Part shown: positions 37,223 to 49,944 of the stretch, one piece after another
How positions within the stretch are numbered: position 1 is the first letter of the stretch
Layout of the letters: each line of letters opens with the position of its first letter
Source: Squalus acanthias
Taxonomy: Eukaryota
Reading direction: 5' to 3'
DNA length: 64,000 nt
NCBI GenBank assembly: GCA_030390025.1
Contig: CM059432.1
Span: 24,244,001 to 24,308,000, forward strand
Translations under genes and position numbers: made by a program
Notes under the pieces: model-generated
Databases searched by the model: none
Seen by the model: the letters and a program-made list of their open reading frames with translations, nothing else
Told to the model about the DNA's origin: nothing

Positions 37223-38694
37223 CCAGGTATTTGCACACTAGAGTCCTGCAACATAACTTCAACGCCAACATTTTCTTTGTTTGCAATTTTGGATGGAAGT
37301 TTCCTCGTGGTTCAATGGTAAGTGCACCGTGATTGTGCTGTGATTGAGGCATACAGATTCCTTACATTTATGATGGAATTGCCTGCCGTCACTCACTGCT
37401 TAAACTCAAACATGAGAATGAATACATGGGTAGGCAGCCTGAGAGGGAATGAGGCTCGTGTAAACGTAACCCATGCATTCAGGAGACACGAGAAGAAAAT
37501 TGGAGGTGGAGAAGCATTCAAAAAATCTTTTGGTAATGCAGCTCAATATTATTGAGAACATCAACCGTTGTTTTGAAGGAAGCCCTGCGGGCACGGTCAG
37601 GATTGACTTGATAGATAATAGAGTAAAATAAGAGACCAAAGCAGTTAACGTACAATATTACAGACAAGATTAAAATAGGAGAAAATAAATTGTATAACAA
37701 TAAACATCAGTGACAGCAAACTAGCTTGTGAAGGCAGGCCTATTTTAATAATAAGTGACGAGGCCTAAAGCTATGGAATACTGATGTGTTGGTTTAATAC
37801 AGAGAAGAGTGAGTTCTATCAATTGACAGCAGAACAGCAAAGATCCAATTTGCAGGTGTACAGAGTAAACTACAACCCAATACACATTCTACTCACTTAA
37901 TACTTTTTAGATCCACAATTCCAACCTGGAGGGTCAGTCCGAAGAATGCTGTAAGATATTGCACCATAGTACAATGTGGGTTTGTGCGTGTGATTCCCCA
38001 CATAGTGGAAAGGGGCTGAAGAAAAATACTACTGACTATACCAGATATGATTTCTCTTTTTGGTCATTCACCAGTACCTCTTTCAAGTGTTCCCCTCTCT
38101 CATCCATGGATGCTGAGCCGATTGCAGTGCCTATACTGCCACCTCAGCTGCAATCAACTAATTCAGAATAGACTGGGCACTTAGCCTAGGGCCTTCCTTT
38201 AGCGGTAGTGAAACTGTTTTTAATTTGAGATGGAGAAGAGCAGCGCTGCACTTTTGTGGTATTAACATTACACACAAGTGTCAAAATAATGCAGATTACA
38301 TCACTAAGATATGCATTTGGGAAACAATGAATAGTCTGTCACCCAACTTCCACAGTAAGGTCAAAAGCAAAATACTGCGGAGGCTGGAAATCTGAAATAA
38401 AAACAGAAAATGCTGGAAATACTCAGCAAGTGGGCAGCATCAGTGCAGAGAGAAACAGAGTTAACGTTTCAGGTCGCTGACCTTTTGTAAGGTGACAGGT
38501 GATGAGATCATTAGGTGACCAATTATCCTACAAAATATTTGCTCTCCTGTTGCCTCTAGCCATTTACCCCTTTCTATAACCTCCATTTTTTCCACTGCCT
38601 TCCATAACTGCACGTCGGTTACCAATACAGCTGTTGGTACTCTATAGAGTGACATTCTTCTGATGGGTCTTTATGATGTATTATCCAGTATGAA

Positions 38695-40310
38695 TTCTTC
38701 TTCTTCTTCTTAGGCAGTCCCTCGGAACCGAGGATGACTTGTTTCCACACTAAAAATGAGTTCTCAGGTGACTGATGAGTCCAATGCGGGACCTACAGTC
38801 TCTGTCACAGGTGGGGCAGAGAGTGGTTGAAGGGGCGGGTGGGTGGGGTGCTTGGGTTGACGTGTGCTCCTTCCGCTGTTTGCACTTGGTTTCCGCTTGC
38901 TCCTGGCGAAGAGACTCGAGGTGTTTGGCGCCTTCCCGGATGCTTCTTCTCCACTTTGTGCGGTCTTGGGCCAGGGATTCCCAGGTGTCAGTGGGAATGT
39001 TGCACTTTTTCAAGGAGGCTTTGAGGGTGTCCTTGAAGCGTTTCCTCTGCCCACCTGGGGCTCCCTTGCCATGTCGGAGCTCCGAGTAGAGCGCTTGTTT
39101 TAGAAGTCTCGTATCGGGCATGCGGACGATGTGGCCCGTCCATCGGAGCTGATCGAGCATGGTCAAAGCTTTGATGCTGGGGATGTTGGCCTGAGCGAGA
39201 ACACTGATGTTGGTGCACCTATCCTGCCAATGGATTTGCAGGATCTTGTGGAGGCAGCGTTGGTGGTACCTCTCCAGTGCTTTGAGGTGCCTGCTGTACA
39301 TGGTCCATGTCTCTGAAGCATACAGGAGGGCGGATATCACTACAGCTCTGTAGACCATGAGCTTGGTGCTGGGTTTGAGGTCCTGGTCTTCAAACACTCT
39401 CTTCCTCAGGCGACCGAAGGCTGCACTGGCACACTGAAGGTGGTGTTGGACGTCGTCATCGACGTCTGCCCTTGTTGACAGTAGGCTCCCGAGGTATGGA
39501 AAGTGGTCCACGTTGTCCAAGGCCTTGTCATGGATTTTGATAATCGGGGAGCAGTACTGTGTGGCGGGGGCAGGTTGGTAGAGGACCTTTGTCTTATGGA
39601 TGTTTAGTGTAAGGCCCATGCTCTTGTATGCTTCGGTGAAGGTGTTGACGATGATTTGGAGTTCGGCCTCAAAGTGTGCGCAGACGCAAGCCTTGTCTGC
39701 ATACTATAATTCGATGACAGAGGATGGGACAACCTTGGATCTGGAGTGGAGGCAACGGAGTTGAACAGTTTCCCATTTGTTCTGTAGTTTAGCTCCACTC
39801 CAGTGGGAAGCTTACTGAGGGTGAGATGGGGCATTGCAGCCAGGAAGATCGAGAAGAGCATTGGTGCGATGACACAGCCTTGCTTGACCCCGGTCCGTAC
39901 ATGAATTGGGTCTCTGGTGGATCCGTTGGTCAGGATCACGGCTTGCATGTCGTCGAGAAGCAGGTGGAGGATGGTGACAAACTTTTGAGGGCAGCCGAAT
40001 TTGAGGAGGACACTCTATAATCCCTCACGGTTGATGGTGTCGAAGGCAAAGAAGGCCATGTACAGTGGTTGGTGCTGTTCCCTGCATTTCTCTTGTAGTT
40101 GACGTGCAGTGAAGATTATGTCCATTGTGCCCCTTAGTGGGCGGAATCCGCATTGCGACTCTGGGAGGAGCTCTTCAGCCACTGGGAGAAGGCGATTGAG
40201 GAGGATTCTTGTGATGACTTTCCCTGTGGCAGACAGCAGAGAGACTCCTCTGTAATTACCACAATCAGACTTGTCACCTTTCGTGAAGATGGTCACGGTT
40301 ACGGCGTCTC
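38695..40310 (-). mobile_element. 5'-truncated RTE (BovB-like) LINE
   Basis: GNYRGVSLLS, PESQCGFR, GVKQGCVIAP, FPYLGS, QLRWTGHIVRM and C-terminal CPTCDRDCRSRIGLISHLRTH, with a (GAA)n tail. TGAAT is present on both flanks. Confidence 0.93.
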
Positions 40311-40560
40311 TGAATAATGGTTTGCTGTCCAATATTTTATGAAGAGTATTGCTATAAGCCCTAGAGTGTTTCTTCGGTTTCGGTCGATGTTGGTACTCTG
40401 TCTTTTGCCTGAGGAGCTGTTTCAGCAAATCTTTACAAACTCTGCTGCATCATCTCCCTCTGATACACAGAGATTATTTCTTCTTGACTCATTCTCCTGA
40501 TTACTCATGTTGTCGAAAACCTCTTTCTGCTGAGTGCAGGGAGCGCAGTCTTGAATGCAA
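40311..40560 (-). mobile_element. Decayed L1/Tx1-type ORF1 remnant
   Basis: Translates (with a frameshift) as QENESRRNNL..EGDDAAEFVK..LKQLL..HRPKPKKHSR, resembling the ENRSRRNNLR and RAHR motifs. Confidence 0.5.
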
Positions 40561-41230
40561 CGGTCCTTTTTCTCTTTCTCTTTTTCTCTCATTTTCCCTT
40601 CTTACTATTGCACCTGATATTTTGCCATGAGTTACATTTAAGGATAGATTATTCAGAGAAGTACAAGGATCACTTATGCCCCTATCAATCCCTTTCTGTT
40701 ATTCTTAAATCCAGTAATCTCCTGTAACAGGCTCTCACACTCCTGTTCATTTCATCTGACCTGCTATTTGCAGGGGTCAGTTCTGCTGGGGATTCAGTTT
40801 CTACTTATTGTTTTTCCTTGCTAGCTGTTACTGACAGTATAGAATTCTGCTCATGAAGGTAGTCACTGTAATAGCATAAGATAAAGTTTGAGTTTATGCG
40901 CATAGTCTAACTCATAATAAAACCAAAGTTGATAATTCTCAGTAATTATTTCTGTGTGACTTTTGTCAAATCTCAATGGGTAAGTAACCTTGTTTTGAGA
41001 ATTTTGTGCTTATCAAGACGAGGAATGTTAGTGCTGGAAAACACATAGTTAGATCCAGACGAAAGTATTGTTATGATTCTGGTTCACTCCATGTATTTTT
41101 TCTTCATACAAAGAAAGTGCACTCCCATCGACAAGCCTTCACTTCCTGTTAATTTAAATGTGACTTTACACGTGAAGTATAACTTGAACAATGAACCCTT
41201 TCATTCTTACTAAACTAGATTAGAGTCATA

Positions 41231-42123
41231 GTGGGAAAAATTCAGTATTGACCCGTTTGGGGCGCAATTATCGGCTGTGCGCAAAGTTTAGCGCCTGCCG
41301 CTAATTATCGCCTCCGACTGCAAACTTGACTTTTATCGCCCCTGGAGGTGATTGGAGTGCTAAATCAGGTGCTTCACACCTGTCTTAAGGCGCAAAGGCC
41401 AAGGAGCGAGGCGCTACCTCAGAGTGATGGCGAAGCTCATGTGATGTCAGTCAGCAATGGAACACAGACACAATGACGCCGGCCAGTTCTTAAAGGGGAG
41501 GGTTGATCTTGCTCTCCATCCACATCCTGCTCATTGCAGCCTTGAATCTCGGCCAAGAGAGGCCTGTACATCAAATCTGCTGGAAAGAACAATGGAGAGT
41601 ACCAGGGAAAGAGCTCAGAGTGCAGCCCCCACAGTCTCTTCTAAATAGATGCAAGGAAGGGCAAATCAAAATGAACCTGCAAAGTGCTGCTCAGTACCCA
41701 AAACTCCTTCACACAGCGTTGAATCTCTCCAGAAGTCTCCTTCTCTCTCTCTCAGAATGCGAGGTGCAAAAATGTCACCAACGAAAAAAGACAGGAAGCG
41801 TTCGCCTTTAAATAGCGCTCCCCCAGTCCCTTCCTGACTGCAAAACGCTCCCCTCAACCTGTCGTTGCTAGTGGCAGGTGGTAAGGCGGGGGCGCCACTC
41901 AATATCCGCTCCAGGGCGCTACCGGGGCATTGCACACTAGACGAATGTCACGATCTGCCGGCGCAGGAGATCGTGGCGGTAGTGTTTAGCGCCGCCGCAA
42001 AATGTCTGGCCAATTTTGCGAGAGGCGCAGATATCGCCGCGCCCGGGCGCTAGTTGCTTTGCGCCCCATTAACGCCCTCTTAAGGCGCTAACGGGAGGCG
42101 CAAACCAACTGAATTTTTCCCCC
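41231..42123 (-). mobile_element. Harbinger MITE inserted in a CR1 tail repeat, TSD ATA
   Basis: TIRs GTGGGAAAAATTCAGT / ACTGAATTTTTCCCCC and a GCGCTAACGGGAGGCGC subterminal motif. ATA on both sides. Confidence 0.87.
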
Positions 42124-43140
42124 ATAGAGTCATAACGGCACAGAAGGAGGCCATTCGGCCCATCGAGTCCATGCCCTCTCTCTGTAGAGCAATCCAGTCT
42201 GTCCCATTCCCCTGCTCTATCCCCATAGCCCTGCAAGTTTATTTCCCTCAAATGCCTATCCAGTCTACCCTTAAAAACATTGAGTGTTTCCGCTTCCACC
42301 ACTTCCGTCGGCAGCGAGTACCAGGTCCTCACCACTCGCTGCGTAAAAAAGTTTTTCCTCACATCCCCCCTGTATCTCTTGCCCAATACCTTAAATCTGT
42401 GTCCTTGTACCATCAACTATTGGGAACAGCCTTTCCCCGTCTAGCCTATCCAAACCTGTCATAAGCTTGTACACCTCTATCAAATCACCCCTCAACCTCA
42501 TTTGCTCTAATGAAAATAAATCCAGCTTCTCCAACCTGTCCTTGTAGCTAAGATCCCCCATCGCCGGAACCATTCTGGTAAATCTCCTCTGCGCCCTCTC
42601 AAGGGCTTTCACATCCTTCCTAAAGTGTGGTGACCAGAACTGGACGCAATACTCCAGTTGTGGCCTAACCAGCGCTTTATAAAAGTTCAGCATAACTTCT
42701 CTACTTTTGTACTCAATACTTCTATTTATGAAGCCCAAGATCCCATATGCTTTGTTAACCACTCTCTCAATATGTCCCGCCACCTTCAGGGATCTATGCA
42801 CATTAACTCCCAGGTCCCTCTGTCCCTGCACACTCTTTAAAACTGTGCCATTAAGTGAATATTGCCTCTCCCTGTCCCTTCTGCCAAAATGCATCACCTC
42901 ACACTTCTCTATTAAATTCCATCTGCCACTTGTCTGCCCATTCTGCTAGCCTTTCAAGTCCTGTTGCAGTCAATTGGTATCATCCTCACTGTTTGCCACA
43001 CCCCCAAGTTTGGTGTACAGGTTTAGCATAACTTCCTGGCTTTTGTACTCTATGCCTCTATTTATAAAGCTCAGGGTCCCATGTGCTTTATCAACTGCTT
43101 TGTTAACTTGTCCTGCCACCTTCAAAGATTTGTGCACAAA
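42124..43140 (-). mobile_element. CR1 3' fragments
   Basis: ORFs 42069-42416, 42391-42897 and 42970-43215 carry CR1 C-terminal motifs, with a (TAGAGTCA) tail. Confidence 0.92.
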
Positions 43141-43222
43141 GAATGTAAACTGTAGCGTTAGATTGTTCCAAAGTTTAGCCAAGCCGGATACCATGAAATC
43201 TTTCTCTCTTGGCAAGTCTTAC

Positions 43223-43371
43223 CTTTGATGACTCAGCTTCTTGGGATTATATTTGGGTTCAGACCATAACGGTGCAAACTGTGCCATGGTCAGAGAGAGG
43301 GTGGATGGTTTTTACCTCCTCGATTATGTTCTCATATCTAGACAGCGTGGCGTCAGCCGCTGCCTTGTGTC
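43223..43371 (-). CDS. Candidate exon containing a start codon (ATG at 43287) of an unidentified host gene
   Basis: Acceptor CCCTGCCCCGCCACAG, donor AAG|GTAAGA and Kozak-like GACCATGG. Encodes MAQFAPLWSEPKYNPKKLSHQ ending in phase 2. Confidence 0.4.
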
Positions 43372-44789
43372 CTGTGGCGGGGCAGGGAATGAGAGACAAA
43401 TGGAATCAATCCATATTCCAGTTTCCAGGAATCATTTTGAAACCCTGGCCATGGGAGCTGAGGAGTAAGACATCAGAGAATGGGGGACTTGGGCGGTTGG
43501 GGGTAGGGGGGGGGCGGTCGGGGGGTGGGCTGGCTGAGTGATGCCATTGCCTGAATTGAAAGTCTACACCCTTGTCTCTCTTTTAGTCAGCATGCTCCCT
43601 TTTACATGAATGCGTAACTCCATTTTGAGTGCAACATTTTTTAAAGCCTATTTTAAACCCAAGAACAGAGTAAAAATTAAGAAAAGATGGACAAATATTC
43701 CCTATTTTTGTCACAATGCAATCAACAATCTGCCTCAGCTGCAGTATCGGAGAGATACTCTTTACTGTGTCACACTTTTCCATTTCCCACACCAGCCATC
43801 CTGTGGCTTTTCTGAGTAAAATTGCCAATTAGTGCTGAATTACACCCACTAGCAATTGGATCGAGACTATTCAATATAACCTTTATAGCCATTCTTTCTT
43901 CCTGCACAAAAAAAAGAAGCAAACCGCTGAAAATATTTACTTCATTGTTTACCCTTTCAAAACCCCAGTTACACACCCATACACAAATAGATTTACATGG
44001 ACATGTATGCGTCTGTGTAACTGCGGTTATATATATATATATATATAAAATCAAAGCTCACTCAGACAAATCATTGAGATACAAAGCAAAGCAGTAAATG
44101 CTGAAAATCTGGGAATAAAAACATGTTGGAAATATGCAGCAGGATGATCACTATCTGAAAGAGAAAGAAAGATCGATGTTTTGATTGAGATCCTTAATAA
44201 GAACGGATAGGCTTCTGATCAAAGACCGCACCTGCCATCCTAGCACTTTACTTTCACTTGCTGATTGTTGTGTGTTTCTAGCCTTTTCTATTTTTTATTT
44301 CACAGAGACTATTGCCTCTCTGCTGCTAGTATCAGAGTGGTTAGCTGAGTCCTCAGTGAGATTCATTTCCACTCTTTCCCTATCCTTCCTCAATCTCAGA
44401 TACTTGCCAGCTAATGCAACGCTCTATTCTTTTAGAATGACATATTCCCCGATCAATCTGTTTCGGCGATGTCAGTGGTTCACAACCCTTCTCCTGTAAT
44501 GGCAATCACAGCTCCGCAGCAGAGAAATCGGTAAACTGGAAACTTTGCTTGAAAGAGAGAACATGCCTTTTAAAGTCACAGCTGCACAAAGGATAAGTAA
44601 AACATCCATTGCAATGAAAATACTGATTCCAGCATTTTCAGGAGTGATAGAATGAAAATTGGGCAGATTCTATCAAGGACGGACGATCCTCTCCGCCAGA
44701 TTACCACCTAGGTGATGAAGATGAAAATCTACCCCATAGAGAGGGGACAAAAGGGGTGGGGTGGCAGTATTACTATCCCTTTAAGGACC

Positions 44790-46900
44790 AAGCAGTGATG
44801 GAAAGTAAAATCTAGTTATGCAGCATGAAGATATAGCAAAGATAGTAAATAAATATTTTGCATCAGTTTTTACAAATGAAGGTGGAAGTGAGAACTTCGG
44901 TGTACCAAAGGAGGTTGTGGAAAAATTGTTAGAGGCAACTGTAGGAAAGAAATTGCCTCTGAAATAATTAGCAGACGTCCAAGTAGTTAAGTCACCAGAT
45001 CCTGATGGCATGCACCCTAGTTGTTAAAGGAAGTTAGAGATGAGATAGCAGAGGATCTGACCATAATTTGTCAATATTCCTTAAATAAGAAAATTGTGCT
45101 GGCCTCCTTCTGTGCTGTAACCATTCTATGATTCTATGATTCTATGACTGGAGGTTTGCCAATCTAACACTTCTGTTCAAGCAGGGGGAGAAGGATGATA
45201 AACCTGGTAAGTATAGATCAAATCTTCAGGGGTAATTTTAACCTAACTGGCCTGGTGGGAAATGGAAAGGATCGGCTCGGAAGCCCATTCTACACGCCGC
45301 CCAATTTTACTCTCTCTTTACTTTAATAGAAAGCAAAATCAGTCTGGGTGTAAAGCTGACATTAGATTCGATCCGTCAGTTTCTGCCAGGCTCATTATGT
45401 TAAAATTACCCCCTAATTAGAATCCATAATTCAAGATAAAATTAGTGAGCATTTAAAAATGCAAGGAATAATTTAGAACACCCAGCACTGAATTGTGAAA
45501 GGTAAGTTGTGACAAATTCAATAGAGTTTTTTTGAAGCACTGGTTGTATAGATAAAGTGAATGCAGTAGATGTAATGTATATGTTTCTTCAGAAAGTGTT
45601 CGATAGGTGTCTCACAGGAGACATTACAAAATGGAAACTTGTTACAAAAATTCAGACATATGGTATAAGAGGAAATGCAACAGCAAGGATAGAACGTTAG
45701 TAGAAAGGCAGGAAACCAAAGGTAGGGTTAATGGGCGTTGGTCAGATTGTAGAAAGGTTGAACGAAGTGTTCCACAGGATTAGTGCTGGGTCCACTTTCG
45801 TCCTCCATGATTTGGACTTGGGTGTAGGGATCTTAATATCAAAATTTGCAGATGACACAAAGGCAGGGAGTTTGACAAACAGTGTGGAGGATGGTAAATA
45901 AACATTAGAACATAGCCAAGTTCATGGAATGGGCAGACAGGTGGAAGATGCAATTTAATGTGGTTATTGGAAGGAAAATCAAGGAATGAGAGTATACACC
46001 CAATGGAAACGCACTGAAGTATGTGAAGGAACTGAGAACTAAGGGGTGAAAATACATAGGGGCCTAAATGTATTAGCATCCAAACGGGGCAGCATTCCAC
46101 TGACTCTATGCTGTACCCTCTCTAAAGTCTTGATATCCTTCTAATACTGTGGAGTCCAATACTGCACACAATACTCTAACTGAGGTCTTATTAAGGTTTT
46201 ACCTAGGCTCATCATTATCTTTTTGCTTTTATATTCCATTCCTCTCGAGATAAAACCTAGAATTCTATTAGCATTTTTTGCTACAGCCGCATCACCATAG
46301 GTGCTGCCTTTCATGTTCTCTGAACCTGTACCAATAGGCCCCTCTGCTCTTCCACAGCACCAAGCCTATATCCATTCAGAGTATAATTACTGCTGTTTTT
46401 TTTTACCAAAATGCATCATGTCATAGTTACTGACATTGAATTCCATCTTCCACTTTTTACCCCATTCCCCCAGCTTATCAATATCCCTTTGCAGTTTCCA
46501 ATTGGTCTTCTAAAGAATTAACTATTGATACCAGGAATGAGGAACCATAGTCGTGAGGATGGAGTCGATGTACTGGGATTGTTTCCCTGGAAGAGAGAAT
46601 GTTAAGAGGAGTTTTAACGTAGGTTTTTAAAATTAGAGATGATACAATGCAGAGTCACGGAATGCTGCCTGGTAGGAGGAAATGCAAATATGAAGGAAGA
46701 CATTGAAAAATTGAGCATTTTTTTCATTAGAACAACAAGGATTATAGGCCAACATAACAGAAATGTTTCAAATTATGAACGGCTGGGTCAGGGTAGACAG
46801 AAGCAGACTGTTTCCAGTAGTCTAGTGGTCAAGAAAGAGAGGCCATGGATACAAGATTAAATGTAAGTGATTTAAAGCAGAGGGCAGGAGAGTTCACACA
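44790..46900. mobile_element. Old, rearranged CR1 fragments in both orientations
   Basis: VNKYFASVFT, KSPDPDGMHP and KFADDTK on +; the segment at about 46110-46500 is on the minus strand. Confidence 0.8.
45229..45412. mobile_element. Short MITE (184 bp)
   Basis: Perfect 14-bp TIR GGGGTAATTTTAAC / GTTAAAATTACCCC. Similar termini occur near 6750 and 49197. Confidence 0.75.
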
Positions 46901-46942
46901 GCAAGTTTAGGTGTGTTTGATAGAATGTATAAAGAAAGAAAA

Positions 46943-47290
46943 GGGGGCAATTTTTGGCTCCTTTGCACCTGCCGTTAGCGCCTCCGGGGGCGGTAATGGG
47001 GCGCAAAGGGCTTGTTGCCCGAGGGGGGGCGATAATAGCGCCTCCCGAGAAATTCGGCGGGGCGCTGCTGAGGCGCTAGCAAATAGCGCTGCGCACCACT
47101 GGTAGCGCCCCGACCACTGCGCCACCAGCGATGACATCATCGCTGAGCGACACGGCCCCCTCAGTGCCCCTTACCACCCTGCAGCAGAAATTCAGTTGCG
47201 CCCTGCGGGGCTGCCATGGGCAATGTCAGCACCAGCCTCGCGGGTTGCAAACCGGGCCGACCTCCACTCATGGGGCGGTATTGAAAGGGG
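46943..47290 (+). mobile_element. Harbinger left-end fragment
   Basis: GCCGTTAGCGCCTCCGGGGGCGGTAATGGGGCGC is similar to 1075-1110. Confidence 0.7.
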
Positions 47291-49487
47291 AGAGCAGGAC
47301 AGTGGAATCATCTTGGATTGCTCAGCCAATGGGCTGAAAGGCCTCCTTTCTGCATTGTAAACTTCTATGGTTTGGCTGTTGTAATTCTTCACTCTGCCTG
47401 GTTGGCAACTTATTATACTTATATAATTGCCTTTAATATAACAAAACAGACCAGACAGCTCACAAGGGCAGGGGCGGCATTGCACACTAAGCAGGAATTA
47501 TGCTGGGGGGGAGCTGACCAGAGGTGAGGTCAAACAGATAAGTCTTGAGGAGGCCTTTGAAAGTGCAGAGAGATGGATCAAGTTGGATGTGTTTTTGAGA
47601 GTTCCAAAAGAACTGTGGGATGTGCACCCTGTGATGTAGGACTGAAGGAGGGCAGAGAGATAAGGCCTTCAGGAATTTGCAAACCTGCATGAGGATTTTA
47701 AATCAAAGTTTTGGGGGATGGGAGCCAATAACAGTCAGGGAAGATAGGTGAGTGGGACTTATAATGCCATAAGATGTTGGTGGCTAAGTTTTAGATTAGC
47801 TAGATTTTGTAAGTAGGTCAAGAGACTGATGTGAGACTGAGCCTGGAGATGTGAGGGAGTGGATGAGAATTTTAGTGATTGTGGAGGTGAAGTTGGAATG
47901 GATGTGGATGATATCATGGAGGTAGAAATAAGCAGTCTTTCTCCTTTAAATCATAAACCAGCTGGCAGAGTTTAGTTGTTAGATGGTGAACTCCTGTTGG
48001 GAGTGGCACACCTTGGTTCACATTTGGAGTAGATGGGTAATTACCAACATGGTGGGAGTCTTGCAGTTGCAGGCTGAGGCGGACTGGAAAATGTTCAGCC
48101 CTCTGCTGCGCGAAGCCTGGAAGATTTTAACTTCTGGGCCTCATGTGACTCCTATCTGAACATGGTAGAAAGTGCTAGCTGGGAGTGGGATTTTGGGCGG
48201 TAGAAAGGCACCACGGGAGACTCAAAAGAACGGTCCCCAGCAGTCAGCTTAGGTGATGGTCAATCGGGCATCCTAGTTAAGGAAGCGGGGAATGAAGCTC
48301 GGAAGATGAGGGGGTGGGGAGGCTCAAGGCTTTCTTGTGGGGCCTGGAGGAGCATTCTATTTCTCCTGGTCCACAGGGGAACAAAAAAATTACAAATTTT
48401 CTGGACTTCTTCGGGCCCCAGATTTGCTTGCCACCAGGATTTTATTGGGTGGGACTGCTGCGATTGTGAGTTAAAATTGTGCCGGGGTCCTATTTGCCTC
48501 ATAGGACTCTGATTTTAATGTATTTATGAAGCCTCAGACGCTTCTGAAAATGGCAGTAGGCGAGAGCGCGTCAGAACACATTGGTAAGTACTCTACCGCT
48601 ATTTTAACTACCTGCCTGTTCTGTTCAAATCAGGTGGGCAGAGTCAAAACCAGGGCTTAAAAGTTTGATGTGATCTACTGGGACCTCTAAATAAGACCTA
48701 AAGAAAGCTGCTTTCCGATCAGGAAGCCAATGTACAGGGAAGCTGTACTAATTAACACGGAAATGAAGAGTGCAAAGATAATGAGCAATCTCACCAAAAA
48801 GGTCCTGATCAGAGTAGGAAACCTTAGAACACCATCCTGTCAACAATGAGATGGCAGCTTTAGCTGAAATTGAATTCAGCGACAGAATCAATTCCATTTG
48901 CAAGTAACAAGATACATAATTTTTGCAAGACCTGACACGCTATTTTGCTGATGTCTGCAGTTGCTGGATGGTATAATTTGAAAATAAAAAAAGTGAAAAG
49001 TGAAACGGAATAATTTACGTGCAAAATATGACAGCTTATTTCTTTTTTCTTCCCCCCCTGTTTATTATCTCGAAAGGCGAGGGGTAACAGACAGTGTTAG
49101 AAAAGGATTTTTTTTTAATAACTTTGCAGCTGGTTTTTATAACTTTGCATACAGATTCAGATGTCTGGTGAGGAGCAGTTCCGATGCAATATGCTGGGGG
49201 TAATTTTTAACCCCCATAAATGGGTGGGTTTGGGTCGGGTGGGAAGTTAAAATGTAACAAAACTCAAACCTGATCCCACCCCACCTCCAACTCACCCACT
49301 TCCAGTTTTAACGGAGGCAGGGCTGGGGGCGGGTCGCTCATTTAAATATTTTACTGAGGCTGCGTGTCTAAGATTTTATCTGTGTTTCAGGCTTAATGTT
49401 GGCCGATCAGGTTTCCCAGGCCGCAGGAAACCTGGCAGCTGAAGGGAGGCGAGGACTGCTGCGTGGAACAGATAAGTGCTTTTCCAG

Positions 49488-49935
49488 TATAAATGCCGGA
49501 AATACTCAGCAGGTCAGGCAGCATCTGTAGAGAGAGAAACAGAGTTAACATTTCAGGTTGATGACCCTTCGTCAGAACTGGAAAAAGTTAGAGATGCAAC
49601 AGATTTTTAAGCAAGTGTAGGGAAAGAAAAAATTATAAAAGAAAAATCGTGACCCCGAGCTTCTGATTGCCTGTCACTTTAATTCTCCGCTCTACTCCCA
49701 CTCTGACCTCTCTGTCCTCGACGTTTTACATTGTTCCAATGAAGCTCAACGTAAGCTCGAGGAACAGCACCTCATCTTTCGATTAGGCACTATACAGCCT
49801 TCTGGACGCAACATCGAGTTCAACAATTTCAGACTGTAACCTTGGCCCCTATTTTTCTTTTATTATTTTTCCTTTCTTCTTTTATTTTCTCTCTCACATG
49901 GCAGCTGTTGATGATTCTGCCATTGCCATTTACAA
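49488..49935. mobile_element. Penelope remnant: inverted terminal repeat (hammerhead 49543-49579, minus) joined to a plus-strand GIY-YIG C-terminus
   Basis: Minus strand AGTT CTGACGA A GGGTC ATC AACCT GAAA TG TT AACT. Plus strand IACHFNSP..HCSNEAQRKLEEQHLIFRLGTIQPSGRNIEFNNF*. Confidence 0.85.
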
Positions 49936-49944
49936 CTGATGCTG

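Noticed and set aside
37518..37610. Peptide NPDRARRASFKTTVDVL resembling a kinase subdomain XI end
   Set aside because: No other kinase exons were found and the match is too short to support a call.
40015..40428. Apparent novel fusion ORF
   Set aside because: It is read-through across the junction of an L1-like remnant and a truncated RTE insertion.
44436..44530. Plus-strand AG...GT-bounded open segment (NDIFPDQSVSAMSVVHNPSPVMAITAPQQRN)
   Set aside because: Weak donor (GTAAAC), isolated and unrecognised; chance is likely.
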